From: Vezdaea acicularis
Taxonomy: Eukaryota
Reading direction: 5' to 3'
DNA length: 64,000 nucleotides
Assembly: GCA_026025075.1 (NCBI GenBank)
Contig: JAPEUI010000001.1
Location: forward strand, 124,001 to 188,000
The translations under genes were made by a program, and so were the position numbers. Position 1 is the first letter of the stretch. Every line of letters begins with the position of its first letter. Of the stretch, positions 11,613 to 23,369 are shown one piece after another. The notes below the pieces were generated by a model. The model was not told the origin of the DNA. It searched no databases and was given only the letters and a program-made list of their open reading frames with translations.

Positions 11613-13282
11613 CTAGTAAGACCTCAGACCCACTCTCCCGTCTTTGAACTGCCAGCTTATTAGCAAAGCTCCTCACCCAAATTTATTGAGAAGAATACTC
11701 ACATCAAATACACCACCCACCCCCCTCCAAAACACCTCTCCCATGACCCAGACATCCCTGAGCCCATTTCCAGCCTGCAGCCCCTCCTCTCCACTCCCAC
11801 TTCCAGCCCCAACCTTCCCTCTCATTGCCACACCCGTATCACCAACACCCATCCTCGTTTCCACAATTGCCCCGACGCAGTATCCACTTCCCTTCTTTAG
11901 TCTCCCAAGACTCAACTTTCCACCCGGACCGGTCCAGAAATCTGCCCCCTTTCCCCCGCGCATGACGGGAAATTGCCATCTGTCGAATTCGAAAGCAAGT
12001 AAGGGAGGATTCAGGCATGGGAATACATGGAATTGCTCGTAAGGAGGCGAGAGTTGGCGCGAGCCGCTGACGGAGGAGTAAAAGAGCTTGGCGGCGTAGG
12101 GAGGGGCGAGAATGAAGGGGACGTTGAACTGTCATATTGAGAGTCAGAAGGGGGAAGAGAAGGATAGAGATCGGACATACATCGATAACGATAGGTTGGT
12201 TTTTGAGAATTTTCACATTGTCAACCCACACACCCTGCATTAGGATCTGCCACCAGCCATCGGCCCCTTGTACCTTGCTCCACCGCCAGTCTTTCTCCCA
12301 TGCTGTAGGATCGAGAGGGACGGCGGCAGAGACTTTGAGCTCTCTGCGTGCAAGCGGTATAGGAGTATCTGCGGGAGAATCTCGTAATCAATTAATTCAA
12401 TGCAACGCCCAACTCTGCTATTGATTGCTTTTCCTTACCTTGGTTCTCACGTTCGCCTGCTGCCCTTAGCTGCTCTTCAATCTGATTCTCGGCCAGGACC
12501 ACAGTTTCAGCACCTGTACCGCCGATGCTGAATACGCCCTCTTCGCCACTGATAAGCATGAAAGACCAAACACTTTGTTCAATGATCTTGCGCTCGACGA
12601 GCTGCTTCAATAAGGATGGTGTCTTAGTTTGGCTAAGGGACTCGGAGGGTGCAAGGCCAAGGATAGCACCGGACGGGCCAAGAGTGAGGGGAGACGCTCG
12701 TGCTGGTCGGCAATGGGCAAATTTGATAGGAAGCGTCTGATTGATTGTAGGGAACCATATTGAGTCACTAGGAAGCATACAATGTGGCGTTGGCCACTCA
12801 TTCCCCTTGACTAAGACCCGTCATTAGCTGGTTTGATGCAATAGGAGGGAATGTGCTATACGATATGTATCCGAGCCGAAGTCAATAAATGGTGTCCCCC
12901 TCTCACTTGTAGTGGAATAGAATAAAAAATCACTCGTTAGAGTATCTAGGTCCAGTTGAACTGTTTGCTCAGGTTCTCCAACCTTCAGCTCGACATACCA
13001 AGCCCCATCCTTTCCCACTTCGCCGAGAAGACGACCTCCTTCGTCTGCTGTGCCATGTGGCAGGGGCTTAGCCTTGCGGACGATCTTATTACCCTCGATC
13101 TCGCGATGCGTCAGGTTGAAGCGTGATTCTGCAAGACTGATCTGCTCCGTAAGAAAATCGAAATCGGCTATATCACCCGTGGGAAAAGCTCCGCCTCGTC
13201 TTTTGATGGGAAATTGAATTATGGGGGAGCCCAGGATGATCGACGCAAGTGCAAGGAGGGCGAAGGACCACTGAACGTGCAT
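11613..13282 (-). CDS. Secreted pepsin-like (A1 family) aspartic protease homologue with degenerate catalytic motifs, 5 exons
   Basis: Signal peptide; WYVELKVGEPEQTVQLDLDTLTSD, GAILGLAP, GVFSIGG, GWWQILMQGVWV, IVIDFNVPFILAP, YCVGAI, WVMGEVFWRGVGGVFDFKDGRVG. Canonical introns join the ORF fragments. Confidence 0.85.
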
Positions 13283-13679
13283 CGTATCGTTAACTGTTGT
13301 TGAATTCGAGTCTAGAAATCACCGCGCTGAATATGCGGAATTGTATAACCGGTAAAGTGCTTTAGATCTGATAACGTGATTAGAAATGTAATTGAACAAT
13401 GCACACAAGCATATCACCAGAAGGCTGTCCAGAAAAGCCTCGAATAAATAGTTCTGTGTTCATAAATGGGTTCTTGTTAAAGTTGACTTTTCCATACGGA
13501 GAAGATCAACAAATTTGCCCCTAGCAGCCGTGAAGCCAAGCCATTGATAATTTGGGAAACTGAGGTTCTGGTATCATTTGTAAGTCTAGATAAGAAAAAA
13601 CGCCGACTCGCCTGCCGTCCGACTTGAAGCTACAGCGAATTGCTGGCCAATGCAAAGTCCCAATGCCCTTTTATATGAT

Positions 13680-16308
13680 CTATCCTTGCTCCCCGCTTTC
13701 CCGTCCCTCATCAAGTAGGCCTTCTGCGATGTCTTCGAGATCCGTCATCTCCAAAGCCTTCTCGACGCTTGCAACGAAGTGCCTCGTCCCTCCACACGCC
13801 TCTATAATGCCAGCTCTTTCAAAAGATCTGTACACTTGACTCCTCTCGGATGGTACTCTGCAGAAGAAGACTCGGACCTCACGTTCCACGTATGAGTCGA
13901 TAATCTCGGCAAGTACCTGCGTTCCACTACCATCGATGCTTGTAACACCATGAACGTCGAAGATAATGTTCTTGTTATGGTCCTCATGTCGTACTCGTGG
14001 AAGCGCTGGGTGGGCGGCTGTCGTGCCGTAAAGTTCTAAGCGCTTTAAGCGGGTCTTCAGCTCACCAGTATTGGCGAAAGTCAGGGGCTCCGGTATCTTA
14101 ACAATCAGACAACCTTCAACAAATTCAAGCGCTTCAGGTTTATCCTCTGCGCTTTCAAACTTATCAGTCCCTGGCACGCGGCCGAGGATCTGAATTCTAG
14201 GCCTTGTACTGTGCCTGATCACACTGATGATCGATACTCCCACCCCGATCGCAATTCCGAGCGGGAGAGAGTAGAATATTGTTGACGTAAAGATGATGAA
14301 CATGAGCCCCAGCTCGGACCAACCACGTATTTTTAAGAAGAATCGAATGTCGGGAGGAGCTTCTTCTATGAGCGAGTAAGCGACAACTGATATCATTGCG
14401 GATAAAACCCCTTTCTGGACTTTCCGTCAGCACAAGCCTTTCCAAACAATCCTGTCAGAACTTACTGGTAGATAATAAAAGTAAGGTAACATGAAAAGAA
14501 CGCAAATAATCGATATTAGACTTAGTACGAGACTACTCATGGGTGTCTTGCCGCCCGTTGCAGCGTTGACCTTGCTCCTGCCATATCCACCGAACGCGGG
14601 TAGGGCCATGAAGCAACCACCAACCATATTTGCAACGCCCAGAGCAATCAACTCACGGTTGGCACTGGGAGTCATACCCTGGACTGCATCTTGTCCTGTT
14701 CCTCCGCTCAAGCTCTTTGCCGCAACCGAAGACTCAAAGAAGCCCAGGAGACCAATCAAGAAAGACGTACTCATTGCTTGACGGACGTGAGTCATGTGAG
14801 AATTTTGGAAGGGCCAGTGGAATGGAAAGGGATTTCCTGTCGCTGGCTTTATTTCGCCGAGTATGGGTAGGCCTTTCTTCTCCCATCCAAACTTCCAGGT
14901 GAACACAGCGGATAGAACCACAACCAGGAAGCGATCTGGCACATAGGCCACAGAAGGATATCGGGGTTGTAAGCGCTTCTTTAGTTCCCTACATCGCATA
15001 TTTAGCATTTGGCGAGAGGGTATAAGATGTGGAAGTATACCTCAAGATCATTATGATTGCAAAGCTGCCTAGACTGACTGCTGCAGTCAATTTGTGCGAG
15101 TGGCTAATATTCGATATCAGGAACGCAATCTTCGTTATACTGCTCCCATGGCTGATCCCTCCTACTTCACTCGCTCGACTGCTTAGGCCCAGCTCGGGTA
15201 TCAACTGGTCGACCACGATCACAAAACCAATGGCACTGATGAAGCCGCGTAAGAAGGGCCGACTCAAAACGCTGTCCAGGAACCCCAGTCTCGTCAACCC
15301 AGCTATGAAGATGAAGCAGCCTGCCATGCCAGTCACCACACCTGCTACCCTCGCGTTCATCGTATCGTCGTCATCTCCTGTGTTACCGTTATCCACACTT
15401 GTTCGAACCACTGTTCCTACGAGCAGTGACCCCGCTGCCTCCGGGCCCACTACCATTTGGGCCGAACTGCCAAGGAATGCGTATATCAGGGGATTGAAAA
15501 CGAAGGAATAGAGTCCATTGATAGGTGGAATGTGTCCCAAGTTCGCAGCGTAAGAAAGTGACATAGGAATATAGAATGAAGCCATCGTGAGGGCGGCAAT
15601 GATGTCCCCTTGTAGATAGCTCCATTTATACTGAGTGATCCAATTTAGAAAGGGGATGTAGTATGCAAGGTACATCGCTCTCGTATTCTTGACCCCGTGT
15701 TTCTTAGCCAGCCACTGGGTGGTACTCATTTTCTTGCCCGGGCCACCACCGAACACACCATCAGCAACCGCATCTCCGAAGACGCCATGGATGTTCGAGC
15801 TGGCGCCCCCTTCATCGCCGATACCTCCAGGGTATCGCCCGCCAAAATGCCTCGAATCGATCGAAGCCTCGTAGCTTCTGTTCGTCTGTCTTGTTCCGGG
15901 CCTGGGCGAGAATGTGCCATGGTTGCAAGGACCTGGGTGAGCATGTGTGCGGTAGTAATCAGTTCCTAGAAGAGAAGTTCGTGCATCCAATTGATTGCCC
16001 AGGAGAGCGGTCCGAGCATCGGGTTCCGGTTCTATCATATCATCGATGACACCTATTCTATCCTCTGCCGTTGTAGGAACCTCCTCTAGCGGTACAATAC
16101 CAGAATCATCCACTCTTAGGGGGGGAGAACGCGGAGAATGAGATGCCTCCGACCTGCTACCATCATTATATGAAGAAGGTGCCCCCGCTTCGTGGGATTC
16201 TCGCAGACCAGACGGGTGTGCAGGCATATGTTGTTGTCGCTGGCTTGCCGTGGAACGAGCTCGGGACAATGCCGAGGGTGGACGTCCTGGCCGCGGGGGA
16301 GACGACAT
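13680..16308 (-). CDS. SulP/SLC26 anion (sulfate) transporter with C-terminal STAS domain
   Basis: GDIIAALTMASFYIPMSLSYA, INGLYS, QMVVGPEAAGS, NRELIALG, GGYGRSKVN, and STAS motifs PLTFANT and FDVHGVTSIDGSG. Two canonical introns. Confidence 0.93.
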
Positions 16309-17427
16309 AGCTGAAGACCATCTGCAATGAATCAGAATATATCAGTATATGCGTGGAATCATTCTCCAATCGACTCGCAAAGCACGATGCAAGCCGTAGA
16401 CGGAGATTGGTTGATATGGTATGACTTCATGCGGCAGGTCCTGTCGAAGGGTAAAACCGCTCGCTTGCGCATCACCCGCCGCCAGCTGCAGGCGATGGAA
16501 AGCTTGTCCGAAGGGTATGTCACCCCGCGCCCCCAATCCTCGCAGATGATGACTGTACGAATATCGCAACGACGTTTCGTGAGCGACCACTGACACCTTA
16601 TGTTCACCGGTCATTGCGCTGGTTTTGTCCTCCATACAGGATAAGTTTGTGATCAATGAAGTACTCTCGTACGGCGCTGAGCAATTAACATGACCTCGAC
16701 CGAATCCAGTGACAGGACTGCTTGATATCACGTCGTCACTCCCAATGTAATAGGAGATTCGAGCAATAGAGCGATCTGTGTACCCCTGGTCATCCATTGC
16801 CGATTAGAGCATACGGACGTTGCCATTTTCTGCAGCGCATTGGCACACGTTATGTCAAAAGAGTACTTGGGTACCTGCCTCGGTAGGTAATGTTGGCCAA
16901 TGAGCGGCGAGGATTTATATATTTGCTGAAGTGATTGGCTTAGTTGTTTGTTTTTCTGTGAAAGGCATCAGAACTCAGAAGCGTGGCTGTAGGGCATAGA
17001 TCTTATGGAGCGATTCACACGGCCTAACCCTGTTAATCAGATCATGCGTCATGCACTGCCAATTCATAGACACGAGCAGCTCCCCGCCACGCCGACGGCC
17101 AACGCTTGCCTAGCCTTCACTTTTTTCACCGCTTTCGGGCGGTGAATAAGCCCCAGTTGCAGAACTGCCCTTCGCTAAGCAGTCCCGCTGCGAAGCTGCA
17201 TCCCACCACATGTGCGTCTTCCCCTCCTCTGCCAGCTCCATCATCCTGTCTTGTTAAGAGGCCGTAGACCCCTTGCTCTGGTCAGTCTGAACCTCCCTCT
17301 GTTGCAAGCGACCAAAAGCACCATCAGCCACAGCCTACCAATTGAGCGCCGTCGAGTCGCCCTCACGCGTCCTAAGCATCTTATCCCACCTGGGTTTCGA
17401 CAGGGCGCGAGCGATTCGTTTCAAGGA

Positions 17428-19924
17428 ATGGTATGCTATTCTATCCGGCCTCAAAACATATCCAGAATTGACAAGAACCTAATCGGAGCAGGGACGTAAG
17501 CCACACAAGCTCATTCTAGAATTTTTTGAACGTGGCCAGAAGCTTGAAGACGCAAGCAACCGATACCAACATACGTGCAAAGCCTGCGGCGAGAAGTTCC
17601 CAAAGGGCCGCATCGATAGCCTGACTAACCATCTAGTCAAGTGCCCAGCAATCCCTCTTTCCGATAGAAGACGAGCGGTTCTTCTCCTCCATGATGTCCC
17701 GGATGTTGAGGGTGCGGATGGAGGGAGGGAAGCCTCCTCGTATAAGATAGAGAAGGGTGGAAAGACACGAGCGATACCTTCTCGCGGGTCAAAGACCGAT
17801 CTGCCGACTCTAGGAAGTCGGCCATGGACTCCGCTTGATGCTCTTGCCGAGGTATCCCGGCAAGTGGGAGAATCTGAGAAGAAAGACCCCAGTGATGATC
17901 CCGACGAGACACCTACCGAACGAGCGGTCAATGGGGACAGACAGGATGCGAAGAATCAGCTTAAGAACGGAAAGCTAAAGACGCCGAAAACCGAGCCTGT
18001 ACATTCTAGTGAACAAGGTACCAAATCTCTGTGCTACACTCTCGAAGATGAGGAGGGCGCCATCGCTAACGTGAAGTCCTTATCACAGAGCCTCCAATCG
18101 ACACTGCACTCCCGCCAATTTTCACATTTGATGGGCTTGCAAATTCGCCTGTGGGCTCTCCACACCTTCCTAGCCTGTCATTGCCCTTGAACGGGGACGT
18201 CGAGTCCAGCCGAGTGCGATCGGCACTTTCTCTGACTGCTCAGTCCGCCAACGACCTTCAAGCTGTTCTTCCAAAGCCTGGCGTGCCCATGGAGCCGGTA
18301 CTGGAACTGACCGAAAATGCTAGCATCTCGGACAAGTTTTTCTTTAGCTCTCAGCCTCTCCCAGCAAGGTCTACCATGACATGGCCATTGCAACAGCAGG
18401 GGGCGGCAGCAGAAGGGATCTACCTTGATATCACTCAGGATCAAATCCCAACTGTTGAGATGACCCCGGCAAGGGCGTCGACTTTCCCTCGGCCAATTGC
18501 AGCGAACCCGAACACCCCCCAACGGGAACTATCCGCCGAATTTGGGAATGGTGCAAAGTCATCTAGGCCAAAAGTCCGTGGAAGATTCTCGGCGGTAAGG
18601 CGGAAAGAAGTACAGGAGGTTAGGAAAAGGGGCGCCTGCATCCGATGTCGAATGCTCAAAAAACCCTGTTCAGGCGAGAGTCCTTGCAGTACCTGTAGGA
18701 ACGTGGAGAGCGCTAGACTTTGGAAGCAACCTTGTATACGAACAAGGATTGCAGACGAGTTGCAGCTTTACTCGGCTGGTAAGTCTTTGCTCTGTTCTAG
18801 CCGGAACGGAATCGGCTAATGCGTTCGTAGGCCTTCATAGTGTTCTTGCCCATCATGATATCACGCATATCAAGAGTACACTAACGTTTCAGCGGTCTAT
18901 GAGTCAAATAGAAGCGTCACATTATTCCGAGGATCCAATAGCGGAATGGGCTACTTTCAAGGCCTTAGAAGGCCATCGATCCGTCGATCAACACATTAGC
19001 GATTTCTTGAACGTGGATGATCAACTACAAGATATCCAGACGCATGCTTGGATGCTTGATCACGAATCCGATGACATCCCGGGAAAGCTTGAGCAGTACC
19101 TCAAGCTGATGGCTCCTATATTCTATGAGCGCGAGCTTTCGCCTTTCGTGCGCACCACCTTGGCCGTTGCTTCCTCTCTTGCAGCCGAAAAAGAGGATGT
19201 TCAGTTGAGTCGCGTGCTTGATCTTTGGGCTGTCAACCATGTCCTGGTTGACATCGAAATGCGTTGGAGAACGTTTGAGAAGACTGAAGATGGTGAGAGA
19301 AATTCCATTGACGAGGAAACCGATGAGCAGTCATATCAATTGATCTGCTCACAACTGCGAGCGGCAGCTGAAAAACGAGCTTCTCATCTTTCGAAGGGTG
19401 TAATGAATGACTTGGAGCGGAGGCTTCTCCAGCGCACCCAGGGAGGCTGGTTTGAGACGTATCTGGTTGCCATACTCCTGCTTAATTGTGTGGAGAGGGG
19501 CAGTTGGCTGTTTAGGACCTGGGCACCTGAGCAATTTAGGTCGAAGGTTTGAGAGTCTATGAGTCGTACTCGGCATATGGAAACAATACTGACTCTTTAC
19601 AGTGGCCTCTTGACCGACCTCCATCGTACTACTATGAACAGGGAGAGCATTTTGCCGACATGCTACAGATGCTGCTCAAGATGCGGAACCTTCCCCCAAA
19701 GGTGCACGACCGCGATGATGATGGAATTATTCGAGAGTACTTTAAGAGTATACATTTGCCGAGTATGCAGAATTTGTAACCCCCTTCTTTGGTAAGGGAG
19801 CGAGACTAAATTTGAGGCATCTATAGGCAAGCAACTCGAAGACCGCCATACAGCTGGATTTGACGCCCTAGATTCGCGGTGCCTGGAGCTCAAGTTCTGC
19901 TCTAAGCTCTTGCAGCCGCCATGA
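17428..19924 (+). CDS. Zn(II)2Cys6 transcription factor with an extra N-terminal zinc-finger-like domain, 6 coding exons
   Basis: Exon 1 coding part is only ATG (17428-17430), then intron 17431-17491, then GRKPHKLILEFFERG...HTCKACGEKFPKGRIDSLTNHLVKCP. Central RGACIRCRMLKKPCSGESPCSTC. Further introns at 18018-18088, about 18779-18830, 19547-19602 and 19762-19826. Confidence 0.88.
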
Positions 19925-21095
19925 GTTACGATATCATGATCCTGACGATCACCGGCACGATACGTCATATTTCGCCACTCATGTTACGATATAAAACGAA
20001 TTGGATATTGTTATGACCAGGATGGATAGAAAAGCGCATTTTTCTCGGCGAAGTTGTGGACCAGCGATGGCCCGACGGATGCCTCTGATGTGTTGGATAA
20101 TGAATGAAAGACGTTTACCATGCTTTGTATTATTGAATTGCTGTGACGTACGTTCCTGAGCTGCGCATTCTCTGATCAATTACCTTTGATAGGCAAGCTG
20201 ACCTACTCCCTCTCCACCATCCAATTGCCTTCCGCCGCTCCCTCGGTTTTCCATCCATTTCTCCACCCATTACCCGCAAACGCCCTCCCCCTCAAGACAA
20301 CCACCAATACCACCCTAACCTCTACCCTCCCATCCCCCGGCCTCCAAAAAAAGCCAAGCCCTAGCAAAACTCGCGACACCATCGTATTAACCACCCTGGA
20401 AAGCAAACCTGCGACCTCCCAATCGGAAAAGGGACCAAACCTCTGCCCCTCTCCCGTTACCATAACATCGTTATCCTGGCCTAACGGAGGGGATAGATTT
20501 TGTGACTGAGAAGTCCTGTAGTAGTGAAGCGTGGATGTAGTTCTGACTCACTACTGTGTCGGTTGTGGGAGCTCTTGCTCTTGTACTGGACTAGGATAGA
20601 TGGGTCATCGGGGAGATATCAGATGGAAACTCTTGTGAGTGCGTTGGTGAGAGATTGCCACGGGTCTCGGGCACATCGGCTACGAAAGCGGATCATGGGA
20701 TGTATAGACCTGGCACGAAAGGGTTTTACGGAGGAGAAAGGGCTAGAGCAGGGAATACCTATTGGCGATAGCCAGATGGGATAGCGAATGGACGCATTCA
20801 AATAGGTTCGAATGATTGAGGTTGAAGATTCTGTATGCCATTCTTTGTGTAAGATGATGCGAGCTACGCAACACAACGCAGCGAGAGGCAAGGCAATAGT
20901 CTCCCTCTCTAATTCTCCTGAACGCGATGATGACATGCGAGATCATGGGTATATGCCCGTGCAAGCCGCAAAAAGATGAGCGAAAAAGAGAAAAACTCCA
21001 GAGTGCAATCCCAAGTAGCCGCAACGGGGAAAGCTTAAGAGTCAAAGCTCCTCTCCAGCAACGATACCTAGAGCGCCAAATGAGGGCTCTGTGGA

Positions 21096-22741
21096 TCAAC
21101 GAGTCATGACGTCCCCCGCACCCCTGAAAACGCCTGGTCCAGGTCTGACCAAGCCCATCTCCTCCTCGCTACTGTCCTCGCCATCCACCATCTCGTCCAA
21201 CATCCGATCGATAGCGTCTCCCTGGCCCTGTCCCACTTTCCCCACAAGCGCCCTACTCCCCATCCAGGTTCTGCTCCGGTCGAGCTCCTCGCTACTTTGA
21301 CTCTCGACCTCGTCCGCAAAGCCCACTCTCTTGCCGACCATGCCGGGCCCCATCCCCAAGCCTCCGACGGGACCTCTCATCGCACCCCTTAATGGACTGC
21401 CTTCCAGTGCACCACCGAACCCGCGAGATATCTTGCTGTTGCCCGGCGAGCTCATGAATACAAGCGTCTCCACCGCGTCCTGCTCCATCGCTGCTTTCTG
21501 CTGGCTAGGCGTGCGCACCATGGGCGCGCCCCTTTTAGGGGGAGGCGTCGCGGGGATACTGCTTAAACTGCTAAGCCCACCGCTCGTGCTTTTCTGGGGC
21601 AGGGAAGGGAGGGGAGAGGGGCGCGGGGCAGAACGGCGAGGATTGGCATAGGAAGTCGTGGACTTGCGGGCTGCGCTTGGGGAAAGGGGTAAAGGCGAAG
21701 CTAGACTATGTGGGGAGTCGACATCGCGCCAGTAGCGTTCTTGGGGCGAGACAAGGCCATTACTGCTTGGCGAGTGGTGTGGCCCATCGAGATGTGTGCG
21801 ATTACTTTGGGGGGAGGTCATGTGGCGGGGTCCGTGGAGAGTGGATGTGGAGGAAGTGGGAGAGATTGGTGAGGTGAGAGGTAGGGCTTCGATTTGCTTG
21901 AGAGACTGGGTCGTCCAGTTGTTTTGTACCTTGACCATGGCGTAGGTGAGGCGGGCACGTAGTTGGGAACCGAGCTAAAAGGGGAGAGTTTATTAGCTTT
22001 AAGTATAGAGTATAGCGAAGGGGGCTAGGTTACCTCGCCGATTCGACTACCGTGAGAGTCTCCGCTCCACTGCCTCACGTGCCGTCGAGCGTTTCCGTCA
22101 ATAGGACTCGTAGGTAAACTCCCACTAAATGTCTTAAAAGTACCGGAGGCTGTTCGTTTCTGCCCTGTTATCTGTCCCTGACTCTCAAATGAGCCTCGCA
22201 CTGCAGCAGGGCTTAAAGGCTTATCGAGCATCTCTACATCCCTCGGCGTGCCAGGAGTCTGTACTTCAAGACTTGCCGGTCGATTCTCAGCATCAAGCAA
22301 CCTCCCGCGAACTGCTGAGAGTTGCGAGAATGGCTGGCTGGCATCTTGTGAAGAAGGACCGTCGGACGAGGTTGGAGGCGTGTAGTCAGTGTCAGGAACG
22401 GTCGAGGCGGACACATTGCTTAACGAAGGGCGAAGGGAAGGCAGTGGTTGGCTGGACGGGAGAGACGTAGTCGACTCTTGAGAGTTTGTGGACTCTTGTT
22501 GCGAGTTGGATGGCGCGTCTATCGTAGCGGATTGCACATTGCTGGTTTGAGACGCGGCCCGCACGTGGCCGTTTGGTGTGTGAATCATCGTCGTATCCAT
22601 GGGCTTCATGGATTTGTAGGTGATCGGTGTCGGTAGGGACAACGGCGCAGACATGGCCCCAGGACCTATGCCACCGTTGGAGGATATCGACGAGCCTTGG
22701 TCAACGGAAATCCGCCTTTGGTGGTTGGTAAGTTGCGACAT
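21096..22741 (-). CDS. Whi5/Nrm1-family G1/S transcription corepressor
   Basis: Spliced motif SRIGE|LGSQLRARLTYAMVKVQNNW (Whi5-like LxxRLxxAxxK) and EQDAVETLVFMSSP, with many S/T-P sites. Start codon uncertain. Confidence 0.85.
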
Positions 22742-22799
22742 GCGTCCGTGGTTTAGATCGCGAGCGGTGTCTGAGCGGAGACGAGATCGCGAGGGTGCG

Positions 22800-22948
22800 A
22801 CGCGAACGGTCCCAACAGGATTGGGCAGCAAGGAGGGACAGGATGGTAAAGATATGCACAACAGAAGAGAACGACGAGCGAAAAGAGGTATCTTGAATAT
22901 CTGCAGAGAAGATGACGCGGGTGCAACTACCTATCACGGCTTACGCGT
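22800..22948. promoter_or_regulatory. MCB-like elements upstream of the Whi5/Nrm1-family gene
   Basis: ACGCGT at 22943-22948, ACGCG at 22915-22919 and ACGCGA at 22800-22805. Confidence 0.45.
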
Positions 22949-23369
22949 GGCTTCATCAGAATGGGAAGGCGAGGTGGTGTGAAAATTACGTGGGAAAGGT
23001 GGCGGGGCAACCAGCGGGTCGCGCCTGATCACGAGTCCACTGCCGATATCGCGCCTACTCGGAGGAGAGACCGTTGATAACCGCGCTAGATAACGTTGAT
23101 AGTTGATGTGAAACTTCTTCAAAACTTCCGACTGATCAAATAATGCTTCATTCTTTAAATCCTATGGTATTCTGATTCAGGCATGGCTTTAAGCCAATGC
23201 CGCCATAGAACTCGGTCCGGACGCCAAGTCATGTGGCATTCCCGACGCCATGCATGTTACTCGATGCAAGGTGCCCCAAACGTGAGTACCCGTCCACGAA
23301 AAGGAGGACGAGTGGGATTTGATAGAATGTCGATTCGGGTGGTGGAATCCCCACTCTAAACCTTGCAAA

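Noticed and set aside
16342..16797. 151-aa minus-strand ORF just upstream of the SulP gene
   Set aside because: No recognisable motif or coding-like composition; probably promoter or UTR sequence.
20203..20936. Possible orphan gene (minus-strand ORFs 20203-20463 and 20619-20936)
   Set aside because: The 3' part has gene-like G-rich composition, but I could not build a stop-free spliced model or recognise any motif.
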